DNA from: Halocafeteria seosinensis
Taxonomy: Eukaryota
NCBI GenBank assembly: GCA_001687465.1
Contig: LVLI01000201.1
Location: forward strand, 62,001 to 126,000
Direction: 5' to 3'
DNA length: 64,000 nt
Numbering within the stretch: the first letter of the stretch is position 1; every line of letters starts with the position of its first letter. The position numbers and the translations under genes are program-made. The notes beneath the pieces were generated by a model, which made no database searches, was not told where the DNA came from, and worked only from the letters and a program-made list of their open reading frames with translations. This document shows positions 13,101-23,528 of the stretch, one piece after another.

Positions 13101-16073
13101 CCCAACGTATGGGCCAATGTCAGATTCCGTACTAGCCAGTTTACCGGTTCCCTCACATTGGCAACAATCCTCGGAAAGCGAGGCGATTCTCTCTCTTAAC
13201 AGTTGTCGCCGCCGCAATTCGTATCGAGGGTCATTAAGACGGCACTTTTCAAACGTTACCAAGCTACCGCACAGTTCCACCTGGCCGATGTCGACAGAGC
13301 CTGAACTAGTGGGGTTGACGTTGATAGGGACGAACAGTGGCAGCACCGTCCGCAATACTGCAACGGAATGACTGTACAACGTTTCCACTATATCGCACCT
13401 AACCTGCCCTCGATTATACACTTGAAAGACATCACTGTCGCTGGTGGTCACTTCAGGCGGCAGTAACGACGTCAATGATACCTCCCCATCGGAGACTATC
13501 GAAAACGTTTTATGAAGAGTACCGAAAGAGTGATCGGCCATATAGACGGCTGCGCCAAGAGAATTGGTACTGTAGCCGTGCAAGATTGCTTGCCGTTCAC
13601 CCACTCGCTCTACGGAGTTGTCGCTAGACACGATGCGAGGATGTTGCACATTTCGGGCAACCACACTTGTGAACAGCTCATTGATGCGCCTTCGAGCATT
13701 CGACGCTAGTGACGGTGGCACAGTCGTCAGAATTTTATCTATGCAGTGACCATCGTCAGCAGTGAACGTATCCTCGATCAACAGGGCTAAGTAGAGTTCC
13801 TCATTTCCCTTTGAAAAATCGTCCTTTAGCAAAACCTCCTCAAGCGGCACCAGGGCCACAACAGACGCCAAGTGTTCATCCCCAAGTACACTTACAAGGG
13901 GAGCTTCCGAAGTCACTTGTTTCCAGCGGATGTTGTCGGCGTTCAGTAAGGGATTCTGTAGTGCGCGGAACACAGTATATCCCTTTTGCTTGTACAGTGA
14001 AACAGAACCGCGTTTTGGAAACGCTACAGAATCGACAATATCATCCATTTTTCGATTCCCCCACTGAGTAAGGAGTCTAGTTGAGTCTCCACTGCTAGCT
14101 AGCAGACTAATTCCACCATTCTCTACGAACGGTAGTGACGAGACTAAACTCTTAAAACATTCTTCGGCAATGTTCGAGAGAAGATGATTCCAGAGCAAAG
14201 AATTACTTTGGAACAAGCAGCCCTCCGGAAACTCCTGGTAAGTCTTAGAGCCGTCCAGCCGTTCGTAGTTTGGAGCCATCCACTCGCTGACCACTAATGA
14301 GTTGCTGCCTGCGGGCTCTAAGTTATCATTCTTGCAATGTAGAGAGGCCGCAGCCGCTGTTGCCATGACTTCGATGTCACTGTGGTATTTGTATGTTTCG
14401 TAAAGCACCGAACAAACCCATTGCAAGATAAGCTCGGCCATAATGCAATGTTCCATGATGCTATCTTCGATTTCGGTACAATTCAGATCAATCCGGGTGT
14501 CATCAACCGTTGGCACACTAACAGCCGCTGATATTCCCGCGATGGTGTTCCCGCAAGCATCCTTGATAGGATATAAACACAATCGCGACTCCGAGGGGAT
14601 TTCGGATGAAAGGAATGACGAATCAACGCTCGACTGATAACGATAGTCGCTACGCCAGTCAGGATTCAACCATAAGGGTTCGTTAGATGCCGCAAGCGCA
14701 GCAGCAAGGGAATCTGCCTTGTTCTGGCTCACTTGAGCGACCTCGTGATGCGCAGCTTCACTGTCACCGTAGGGCACCCATGCGACAAGCCCGTTGGAGG
14801 AGGAGCATGAGGGAACCTTCCGTTTCGTTGGCTCAGTACCCCACTTGGTTGGATCGCTCCCAAAGCACAGGAGATTGTAATAAAACTGAGGCAATTCGTC
14901 GTTACCGTTGTCTGAAGATAGTTCTCGAAGAAATTGAGCCAATGCTTTGAGTGTCCAAGTCCCGTCTACACATACATCCTTATCATTCTCCACTTTCGCT
15001 TTACACTGCAACGCGAATTCAAACGCCTTTGCTCGCATGTAATTCAAATTCTCCAAAGTGTTTTTCTGCTGTCCCGTCAACTTTAATGAACGACGCAGCT
15101 GATGGGCTTCTGAAGATTTTGCTTGGAGCTTCTGGTTCGCTTTTCCATGCGAGCGCAATCGCTCAATGCCGGCTGCAAGGTATGTCCCCATCATTTTCGA
15201 CACAGCGACATCAATGTCAGTAAGCGCTTCCGAGTCCGGACTATGCTTATTCTCAGCGGCATCATTGTCACCATAAACCAGTCCTATCTGTACTTCTATC
15301 CATCCGAGACCTCGTCCGTAGTATGTCTTACATGGGATCAACAGAATTGATGCGATTCTACTGCTGTGTACCATTTGACCTGTAGCTTCCAAGTATTGCG
15401 CTAGTTCAAGTGAGCTTGTGAGCACATGCGTCCTCGTCGAATGAGCGTAGTGATACAAGAGGTTGCCTGGTTCAATAGGAATCCGACTTTGTGATGTTTT
15501 CCGTGGCTTGGGAGTCCTCGTCTCGAGGTCGGAGGAAGTAAGAGGACCCTTCCTGTCCGTCTGTTGATACGACTGAGACAGTCTTCGCTGGAACGGCGAG
15601 GTGTTGAGATGCGAATTTGATAATCGGCGATAACTGAATTCTCCTAGTGCTGAGTGTTTAATAACGAACGCGCCCTCGGCCTCTTGTGAGAATACAGAAT
15701 GCTGTTTAGCACCATAAACAGATCCTTTGTCGTCCTCTCGGTCCTCACTGGCCACATCATCCTCTTCGTCTTCTTGTACCTCGTCGTCATCCTGCTCCTC
15801 TGACGAGTCGTGTACAACGTAGAGCGACGCTGAAGCATCCTCGCCGCTGACTATCTGTGGGAACGCATTCACGGTCGATTCAGCCAGTTGCTCTTCATCC
15901 CGGGCTACAGCAGCCTCCAATGCGAACGAGAGCACTTTCTGCTGCGTCGACACCGTCAGTTCTGCGAGTACTGCTTGGTAGCGAGTCTCGGACAATGTCG
16001 CTCCGAGGCCCTCAACAAGCGAAGAAGCCAGCACTTTAGCATTCTGAGGAGACGTTGAGGAAGACGACGCCAT
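7119..16073 (-). CDS. 2984-aa multi-GAF-domain protein with C-terminal coiled coil
   Basis: Uninterrupted ORF. Recurrent GAF-like motifs: ADSALLWV..NIYKDPRF..SIVCIPL; FLILPV..VVAVNK..FSETD; VVVAPI..GVIEVVGK..FSQQD. Last ~280 aa are E/K/L/Q heptads. Confidence 0.85.
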   Translation of the reverse strand: MASSSSTSPQNAKVLASSLVEGLGATLSETRYQAVLAELTVSTQQKVLSFALEAAVARDEEQLAESTVNAFPQIVSGEDASASLYVVHDSSEEQDDDEVQEDEEDDVASEDREDDKGSVYGAKQHSVFSQEAEGAFVIKHSALGEFSYRRLSNSHLNTSPFQRRLSQSYQQTDRKGPLTSSDLETRTPKPRKTSQSRIPIEPGNLLYHYAHSTRTHVLTSSLELAQYLEATGQMVHSSRIASILLIPCKTYYGRGLGWIEVQIGLVYGDNDAAENKHSPDSEALTDIDVAVSKMMGTYLAAGIERLRSHGKANQKLQAKSSEAHQLRRSLKLTGQQKNTLENLNYMRAKAFEFALQCKAKVENDKDVCVDGTWTLKALAQFLRELSSDNGNDELPQFYYNLLCFGSDPTKWGTEPTKRKVPSCSSSNGLVAWVPYGDSEAAHHEVAQVSQNKADSLAAALAASNEPLWLNPDWRSDYRYQSSVDSSFLSSEIPSESRLCLYPIKDACGNTIAGISAAVSVPTVDDTRIDLNCTEIEDSIMEHCIMAELILQWVCSVLYETYKYHSDIEVMATAAAASLHCKNDNLEPAGSNSLVVSEWMAPNYERLDGSKTYQEFPEGCLFQSNSLLWNHLLSNIAEECFKSLVSSLPFVENGGISLLASSGDSTRLLTQWGNRKMDDIVDSVAFPKRGSVSLYKQKGYTVFRALQNPLLNADNIRWKQVTSEAPLVSVLGDEHLASVVALVPLEEVLLKDDFSKGNEELYLALLIEDTFTADDGHCIDKILTTVPPSLASNARRRINELFTSVVARNVQHPRIVSSDNSVERVGERQAILHGYSTNSLGAAVYMADHSFGTLHKTFSIVSDGEVSLTSLLPPEVTTSDSDVFQVYNRGQVRCDIVETLYSHSVAVLRTVLPLFVPINVNPTSSGSVDIGQVELCGSLVTFEKCRLNDPRYELRRRQLLRERIASLSEDCCQCEGTGKLASTESDIGPYVGETAYGVTSSPSVHFADTDVENNVSNVIANDADEEEAFSPTRSVRSRQSEFSPSRTERSRTMASPQSTVRELRNTPDETGASSFLSRVCLSIGTDLTMWIKKVGSGWYVVARQIHPSATEPLKGAYSRIYPGRTFQDSGSCLQTLARGIEVTTGSSVYFSDLLSVYRGDDDFPVNNFLILPVDNQHSQLVVAVNKGKEYSGEDSDEPEFSETDQKTILDLLSPVARDLAFKHTREQVQTSRSSKISRLAGLQSQYGREGGAESQLQTQALTYRQGLEYCCILQYLSSKEDIDRFVRGDLAHLLQADGCTYISRDMQVFDDGGCIANAILGNKVIQFHTDKHYQTLSMQDVEALQSVYSSADTSRRWNRSTNVIVIPVTHSASSLPAESRDYGVILVIRNGDRSKRFSAAEMNVSSSLGAQLFAIARREEAKSAEHSAAQVFEDHLQKRLSQGRQQLQEAHRTRSTWKEMYFRLSEFASTLRSIALVPTLMQPLDSDSLWYRVAQKLKAEITDENRERVGQITGGFGVVNSYLQQATEGSVSLEALYLLPHLEGSTDLDSVCEIRRVDSAVDQCTCRWTSSKNSVDTERAELAAVRQERQSSTERGTDSVSEILYLPFSVVESNERNFASLVLKLRQAVEMSTETQEKSIWDVCSQTAVTTLRTIVQDCALLALAELNAESEQAIQELNSTLRDKEYEIYSTGSNLNHYEKVVEAASPLLSISASAASADVLGDHLKTLCEAERVVVLFPRVNENDKLTDEWYSPVDETFLYKEDQGVIGKFLKNAYSSENDSLFCAFSRVDSVPQNADFDSTQDRLADHLVSLDMYAISSELVSNSSAPIAALVLVNSKKDLMDSGDPIQFLLRLAGYTLKHVAEISLLWQAVEMHHREDQALRRFMKLNLLEDSNLCPLRASTDSKEQQDTPFAEELMRQEVPVDFRKVVENFETFIEASNVTILCPLGLAYAFIDGLHCGFASRGVKARDQYTRKDIFIPVHSLVTSLRRISKEIAEKLETSTRVDCRGDFSLPDLYSELEEASWSLDKGDPALAALESLELRCSAVQTQSSVIAACPIGVTLFTQPFSARNPSGHFILRVCRTARSDRTRSPNAPFSTTDKHVMLHTAASLSQPISSVLLSFSASCAGSLENALSASLEEKQEAAKELESQLGRFRQSAQVRSSFMELVTKWISVFLRNLRDVSAVSSFSDEESLEKTLGAAQEEIGVARNEFCRSCTSAAHQFGRSLIGADSALLWVRSDEDGSTMWVPWVDKREQHHMHAGESSLVQSCSESGVVMTSQNIYKDPRFHAKESHLLRTLIEEVTGEEGLGSIVCIPLTTRHSGTTSAILQCCWSASLSSDELSVVARHAGSEFSPYKESLVLPLVGDDILRQILRTIREKFETEGELGNTRHSIEELEQELSQYTNLQETVTKSSKQITDLHNRIELLDVTLEKYERVVGMLTGLLAAEGHEQALYQPLEPRPDSSLSTIDRGRPLEWVCHSLCDVVGAESVRILLYWNYSGEDADGRHSAVLVPVTTAVPRHAQRPHLDVDDYEEFALQTMIYDILGIRKSTRLNVEDIFARALPVPQEGPITNSLSGNCCVNVDPLYVADSQRSQSQKHLDPVVVAPIRMDGERGGVASYSNAEVTRSSRQSIVNQSARNFETMIPSLPSGVFGVIEVVGKRMPHEVTSEDAEESFSQQDARFVCAAADGISRYMEYYLASEAAQWYHEISEETQEELDRQREVAGSTSQALDKANESIEDLEQKLRNAEEVEKEKNSLEQKTQEQSKQLEKLDKSNKKLEKRLEDLKDASMKASYHDKEKINELQQNLDSANGEIERLRSEHDSLVNKKDSLKRQRADLKHVLGLERDRLREQERRANDAEDGLADTRKQLEELQNENGDQREAINRLQRSLDSYEKALNSALEEKRSLSDKVEQHRKDWLESDQESRRLRDKLNDVANQLQRREKELQRAHDLIASLREELSAADKMAAKAWRVPV

Positions 16074-16500
16074 CTCCTCTCCTTCCGTCTCTCTTGCTAT
16101 TGCAACTCAACCCTGAGCTCCGTCTCTCCCCCGGAGGGTACTACAGGGAGCGTAGTAGAGAAGGGAGCGAAAAGTGAACGGGAATCAAACAAAATTGTTG
16201 GAAACGATTTACGGCAGCCACCCCGTCGATCCTGCGACCAAACCACACATTCGCGCGCCAAAATTCAGCTGCGTAACTTCACAAATACTTCAACCAAAGA
16301 TTTTTTTTTCTCGGGAGCCGTTTCCCGCTTTTGGGATGGCGGGCGCAGTAGCATATTCCACAGCACAAGATGCAATGCAAATGCACTCTGGCTAGTTCGG
16401 ATCCATGCCACACAAGCGAATCTACTCTATTCTGTGATAGTGTTGTACAATTTATCGGTTGCTTTGGTCGTTGGTGCAGCCACCATGAACCCTCAATTAA

Positions 16501-17303
16501 ATGGCGGCGACACAAGCTCAAGATAACAACGCAGAACGCGAGCAAATATATGTGTTGGAACTGGAGAACAATAAAAAATATGTAGGGAAAACCGCGCGCA
16601 ATCCACTCGATCGTTTTTCTGAACACTCTGCCGGAAAAGGGTGCGCCTGGACGAGGCGATACGCTCCTCTGCGAATACCAGCGTTCAAGCGTCGAGTCAT
16701 GCATTTGACGAAGACACCAAACTCAAGGAAACAATGATGCGCTACGGCATGAACAACGTAAGGGGTGGTTCGTACTCGAATTTCAGATTGGATGAGAATC
16801 AAAAAATGAGCATTCAGCGAGAACTCGCGTCGGCAGGAAATCTATGCTTCCAGTGCATGGGCGATGACCACGTCGCCGCGGATTGCTCTGATAGAGGGAA
16901 CAAACGTAGAAGACTGTTGAATAGTGAGGACGATAGCGACGACAGCGGTGTGCATGTCCCGTACCAACGTCCCCACAGCGACGAATCTGATGACGATGAG
17001 ATTCAAATTCCTTACGCACGCGGTGAACCGGAAGATACCAGGAGTACGCGTTTTCCAAACGAGCGTCCCATTCGCGACGAGGTATCGGATAAACGATCTA
17101 CCAGTAACGGAAGTACTGAGGATGAGTCGGCTAGGGCGTGTTCCAGTGGCGAGTGCGACGATGGGGATGAGTCGGCTAGGTCGTGTTCCAGTGGTGAGTG
17201 CGACGACGCGGATGGCTCGGGCATGTCATGTACCAGTGGCGGGAGCGACAACACAGGTGACTCCGGTATGTCATGCATGGATGGGGGAAGTGTCGATTCC
17301 TAG
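16501..17303 (+). pseudogene. GIY-YIG endonuclease + CCHC zinc knuckle, split by a 1-nt frameshift near 16678
   Basis: IYVLELENNKKYVGKT..RFSEH..G.GCAWTRRYAP in frame 16501. FDED..KETMMRYGMNNVRGGSY and CFQCMGDDHVAADC in frame 16641. Confidence 0.8.
17120..17290 (+). repeat. ~4 degenerate 45-bp coding tandem repeats (DESARxCSSGECDDx)
   Basis: gatgagtcggctagg..cgtgttccagtgg.gagtgcgacga occurs twice, followed by two diverged units. Confidence 0.85.
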
Positions 17304-17996
17304 AGAGTTGTGCAGACGGTCCGCTCCTATTGTTCTCTTGACACCATCATTGAGTCGACTGTGCGGGTGTGTGCATATGGTAAGTCACGTTTCACTGGCC
17401 TTAGCAATACTGGTGTTCAAGGTATCAAAGTGTGTCAAGACCTATAAAAGAACAAAAAAACATCATCGGTTGCTTTTTGGACTAGAGAAAATTTTAGTGA
17501 TTCGTGGCTAGTTTGCTAATGATTTTTGTACTGTTTGCAAAAATGAATGGAGTTATGAGTCCTTCACAAGTTTTACTCTGCAATATTCCCCGCAAATTCC
17601 GTGATCAAGTACTTGAACTCCACGCTTTCTCTCATAAGTATGAATGAATTATTCGTAGGGGTGTATGATGTCGGTGTCTTGCTGGTTCAAGTGTTGCAGT
17701 ACACTCGCAGGGTTGGGCCTCATTGACTTCATACGCGTGAATCCGCTTCACTTAGAAAGAAAAAATGAAATACTTGAATTTCTCCTCTACATATCTTCTT
17801 CACCATACTCTTCCCTTCCTTTGGGTTCTTGGATTCCATCGTTGAAGTACCGCGCCACAAAGGAGCCAGAAAAGTTTGCTCGGTTCCCTCCTGGAGGTGA
17901 GTCCAATCATTGGCTTTATATTGCTGATTAGGCTTCATATTCCTCCCTTTCGGCGTATTGTTAGAAGCATAGCGAGGAAAGCGACAGAGTGTGGAA

Positions 17997-19260
17997 ATGG
18001 CAGCAATCACCTGTGGACGCCGCGTGGCGACTTCAGCAGCTTCACGACATTCCCGGGGTTATTTGGCTTATACACGCAATGTTAGGTCATTTAGTACAGG
18101 ACCCACTTTTACACCAAGGGAGCCATTCCGTGCAACATTGTTTCCGGGTGATGGGATTGGTCCGGAAATATCAGAGGCTGTACAGAGGATTTTTGAGGTG
18201 GCCAAAGTCCCCATTGAATGGGACCATCAGATCATTTCGGGGCATGTAGTGAATAAAGATGGAGATCTCATTTCCGAAGAAGCGTTGAATTCCGTCCGTC
18301 AGAATGGAGTTGGCCTCAAGGGGCCCTTTGGGACGCCGATAGGAACGGGACATAGATCGCTCAACTTGACCCTACGGAAAGCACTTAACTTGTATGCCAA
18401 CGTACGTCCCTGTGTGAGTGTTAAGGGATATGAAACGAAATACAAGGACGTTGATGTGGTAACTATCCGTGAAAATACGGAAGGTGAATACAGTGGACTT
18501 GAACATGAAGTAAGTGATTTCAAACACAGCGATCTATTCAAACTAATGAATTGAATTGTGGTTATCTGTCCAGGTTGTCAAAGGCGTGGTAGAAAATGTC
18601 AAAGTCATTACTCGCCATGCTTCCGAGAGGATTGCTCATTACGCTTTTGAGTATGCCCATCAACATGGACGAAAAACTGTCTGTGCAGTACACAAAGCAA
18701 CCATTATGTAAGTCTCCGATTACTTTCTCCATTCGAGAAGACTTTATGGTTTGAAATCATCTTTCCATTGGCAATGCAGGAAAATCGTTGATGGGTTATT
18801 TTTGGAATGCTGTCGGGAGGCTGCCGCCAAATACCCGGATATCAAATATGAGGAGATGGTAATGGATAAAGCGATGCTCACAATGGCTGCAAACCCTACC
18901 TATTTTGATGTTATGGTTATGCCAAACTTATACGGGGATATTGCCAGCGATCTTGCTGCTGGTCTTATCGGTGGTTTGGGTCTTACACCCAGTGGCAATA
19001 TCGGTGAAGATGCTTCAGTGTTCGAGGCTGTGCATGGCACTGCACCGGATATCCAAGGTCAAGACAAAGCTAACCCTACTGCGCTGTTACTTTCAGGATG
19101 CATGATGTTGCGTCATGTAGGCCATCCAGAGAAGGCTGACGCCATTCAAGATGCAGCTTTAGGGGTAATCGCAGATGGTCGTTGGCGTACCGGAGATCTT
19201 GGCGGCTCTGCGCGATGCTCTGAATTCACCCAAGCCGTTATTGATAGAATCAATATATAG
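17997..19260 (+). CDS. IDH3A: Mitochondrial NAD-dependent isocitrate dehydrogenase, catalytic (alpha/IDH2-type) subunit
   Basis: [60 protein letters not shown] with metal-binding Asps kept, [10 protein letters not shown]. Introns 18510-18573 and 18708-18779. Arg/Ser-rich presequence. Confidence 0.93.
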
Positions 19261-19884
19261 TATCTGTAATTGTACCCAACATGATGTCAGGTTACTTACT
19301 CTGAAGACTGCGCTATGGGCACAATTACCATTCAACAAGAAAACATGTGTTGCTTTGACTACAACAAGGTGGATCCAAAACTGTTCATCTATGGTACCTA
19401 ACTTGCACAAGTTAGCGCATCCTCAAGCCGCCCAACACAACGTTCTTAATTCGATATTTGGCATCTTATCACTTCCTCCATGAATTACCTCTCTCATGCC
19501 TTTACTTCCTATCGCCGCCGTCTAATCTAAGGGTAACGGATCCGGTCCTGTTTGTCAGGGATCTTCGACTGTGCCTAAGCTGTTCGGTGCAACGGAGCAA
19601 CTGTAGCATGCTGCGCAAGTGGTTGCATTTAGTAATGCCCAATACGGCGTATGAAGGGAGGCGTACCCTCGGCTAATGGGTACTTACTATAGTTAAAGTT
19701 GAAGACACAAGTGATTGTCCCACCACCAAACCCCCATGTGTGTGGTACCCAGTTTGAATTGTGCGGTTGGGTTTGTGAAGCCGCGGCGCCCAGACCTCAA
19801 GAACATGGTGGTGTTCTGAACCCCTTGTCCCCAAAGTGTTGATGGTGGTTCAAGATTGACCCGGCACCAAAAAAAAAAAAAAAA

Positions 19885-22800
19885 ATGTCCGACGGAACGA
19901 CGGGCGTTGCTGACCATCCTCGCCCTCCTCCTCCTGGGGAAGGGGAGGAACAGAAAGCTGCTATGGAACGTCAAACTCCTCATCAACCGGAGGATGACGA
20001 GGAGGAAGTGGCGTTCGACCAACTTCCAGCGCAGGTTTCTCCGCCTATAATGGAGGAGCCAGGGACGATTCAACCCAAGAAGACAGCACCACCGCCGTCG
20101 GTGTCCTTGCAGGACACCGGCGTGCCTAAAATTACGGACGAGAACCGACTTGCGCAACTGATGCTTCCCGGACAAAACGCTCAAGAGGGCGAAGAGGCCG
20201 TGTGGGGAGGCTCTTTAGGGTTAGGAGGGGGTGGGAACCCTCTCCAGTATGAGGAAGGTATATTTGCTGACCCGGCTGCATTTTTTCGGCGAGCGACGCG
20301 GAACCCCCGGAAAACGTGCCGCGAAACTTGCTGTGGCGAAGATGGATCGTGCGCGTTCGGCGTCCTTCGACAATTCCTTGTCGTGGTTTTAGCCGTTGCC
20401 TTGGGAATTGTGGGCCTCATTTTTAGCGAAGATGAAACGACACAAGATTGGGAGAGTGGAAGCATCGAAGTCCATATGATCCTACTCTACATTGCAGCTC
20501 TGATGTACGTTCTCCCACGTTTTTAGTAAGAGGCAACCACCAGGTACTGGTACTTTGTCTTGTTTGTATTACGCAGGGGTGCCTATGTTGTACTTTCTTG
20601 GGTCGAAAGCATATTCTTCTGGATCTTACATAGAGCTTGTCGCCCATGCGGTAAATACTCTCGCACCTTTACGTTCTACGCGTCGAGTTTCGACGGGACG
20701 ATGGGGAAAGTGCTCTGGATTGCTCTTGGTGTAAGTTTTGGCTGCTATGGATAGTGCCGCCGGTGTAGCATAACCCCTCGTCGTGTTCTCTGTTCTGACT
20801 TGGCAGTGGGCTGCATATCGACCCTTCTTCGACATAAGTCCTGATAGGAGATGGTTGGATAAGCTCTGGGCAACACTTTTGGCTCTAACTGTCGTAGACG
20901 GAGCAAGGATATTCGTACAACGATGGATTCTTTCCAATGTCTTAAAGTCTAACTATGAAGAAAAAGTTGATGAAGTAGGTACCAAGCAACTTTGGTGTAG
21001 CAAACGTACATTGGAAATCGATACTGCGTACAATCTTGCGATACGCAGCTTCTGAAGCGGATGCACGTTGCAAAGTTGCTCATGACTCCCTTCCGGAAAG
21101 ACGCCATTTATCACAGAGGTATGATATGTAATGCCACCGATGCCGGAATCTGGAATCAACCATCGGACAACTATTTTGACCGCAGCCACCCATGAAGACT
21201 GGGCCGCCGAGATACCGGAAGATATGGAAACGACTGAAAGTCTACTTCTGCAGAAACAAGCGTCCCTAACGGAGAAGTTAAACTACATCCGGGCCACCGA
21301 TTTCACTTTGCCTGATGCCCGTGGAGAGCCCGTAGCCATTAAACGGGGGAAGGACCTAAACCCTTTCATTGAGTCTGTTTTTCGGAGGCTGACAAAACTG
21401 CCACACGATGTTGTTAGAGAGGCTGGAAAAACTGCCAAAAGAGCAGCCATGCAAATGGAAGAAGGAAGTGCTGTTGCGACGACGTTCGTCTCGGCATCTG
21501 ATGCGGTATATGTTGAAAAGCTAGACGACGCGAAAAAGGAAAAGGATCAAACCAGTGGAGACGCAATAGTCGAATTTGAAACTGGGAAAAAATCGAAGCA
21601 GGAATGTTCAGATGAACGACGGTTCACTTCTAGTGGTTCGAGCTCTGCTCAAGAGAGTGTTGCAAAGTCGTCGAGTGAGGGAGGTCCGCTTCCCAAGACT
21701 GTTAGTGGTGCAAAATCCAAGCCTGGGGTGATTAATAATCTTTTTGGGAGGTATTCTATGTCTTCTGATGGCAGAAAAGCGCCAAACGCCGTAGAGAAGA
21801 CCCCTAAAGGGACCATCACCCGAGCTCACCTGTTCCTTGTGCTGGGTAAGGTTATGACCCCAGGAGCGATCGCCCGTTTCGATTCTAACGGGGATGGGTC
21901 AGTAAAATATGATGAGTTTGCCTCCGAATTGCAGGATACATTGCGGTACGTAATCAATTAGTTTAAGTTGGCGCATTCTACGGGTTGACTGTATAGATAT
22001 CCACAACATTGCAGGCGCTATAAGAGCTTGAGAGAGACGGAGAGCTGTCATCAGTCCGTCTCCAAGGCGATATATTACGTCGTCGGGGCAGCTTCTCTTT
22101 TGCTTTCTCTTATAATTGTCTTGCCAATTTGGGACGTAGCTCTGACCGAAGTATTTGTACCAATAGGTGAGTTTCTCCTGAAATCGCTGCTTTGCGGGCA
22201 AGTCCAGATGTTTATAGCAACAAATACTCGTACTGCAGGGACTCTTGTTATCGCGCTCTCCTTTGCCATCGGAGGAACTCTGCAAGACCTCTTGAGCTCT
22301 CTGATTTTCCTCACTGTGGTGCAGCCGTACGATGGTAAGTCGTCTCCGGAGTGGGCTTCCATTACAAGCCTTGTGATGTAGTCTAGGTTGTCGATATGGA
22401 TGCAGTTGCTGAACGAGTGACATCCCCCGCACTTTTAAATGGGGAAACTCTTGTTGTGGACAGAATCGATGTACTCACTACAACGTTTCGCCGATTGAAT
22501 GGGAAGAAATTTATCGTCCCTAACTCCTTTATGGCTCGCCAGATCGTCGAAAATCACAAGAGATCTAAACCAGCTACATTTATTGTCAAGTTTAACATCT
22601 CCTATGATACGTCGGCTGAAAAGATCGATCGACTAAAGCAGCACATGGTCGAATATCTAAGAACCCACAGTCGACAGTGGCGCCCAGAACTGGCGCTACT
22701 GACGGACTCTGCAAGCCCAGGCCCCGATAATATGCTGACGCTAAGCTTTTGGATCACTCATAATCTGGGTTGGCAGGACGGGCTAGATGTCTGGAGTTCG

Positions 22801-22953
22801 TATGGAGCGTTTGTCATGCACGCAGTTGAATGCCTCAAAGCCTTAAACATCTCCTATCAGCTGCCTGTCAACCCTGTTCGTCTCTTACATGATGGGCACC
22901 CGAACACTGCTGGGTTCGACAATGCTGAGTTGCAAAAACAGTCCGAGGAGTAG
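19885..22953 (+). CDS. MscS-like mechanosensitive channel with EF-hand, copy 1 (multi-exon)
   Basis: TM exons. EF-hand FDSNGDGSVKYDEF. MscS core LIFLTVVQPYD..RV..NGETLVVDRIDVLTTTFRRLNG..VPNS..ENHKRS. Confidence 0.9.
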
Positions 22954-23528
22954 GGAGTCGATATTCATGCTCTGATTGCCGGCATACTCACCCCTGTGCG
23001 TTTTTATAGTATGGTTCAGGACTCTGTTGGTAGATAAATCGCTGCATCTGTTGCAGCCGTCGTCTCCATGAGTTGGGTTTTGTCATTCTTCTTATTCACT
23101 AGTCAAAAGTTACTTCCGTAACGCTCGCGAAGCAGAGAGCGTGTTGCATGTAATAGAGCCAAAGATTGCTCTCAACTTCGGCGCTTATCAATACACTGCC
23201 AACGAGGTAAAAATTCCTCTGGTTTTCTAATTCCAAGCATACTGGTTTTCTGTCTGCTGCTTACTGGCTTCTCACGCATGCGTACATCCGTTTGGATTGT
23301 TCTCAAAACATGCAAGAAAAGATTGGTCGGTTTCACTGAACACGTTTTCTCGGCCAGTTGATCACTCTATACGGCATGTATCGTATAGCTGTACTATATT
23401 TAAAGCGATCCTTTTGATTAACACGTGTCTGTTGGTGGTTGTGCATGCCAATCTAGCGCAAAAGGAACGACACCTGCGACCTCCCCAGGTTACGGGACCC
23501 CGCTGTTTCATCGACGAAGGACGCTGAT

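Noticed and set aside
8369..16039. Many short ORFs overlapping the 2984-aa gene
   Set aside because: Shadow ORFs of a long coding sequence with no motifs.
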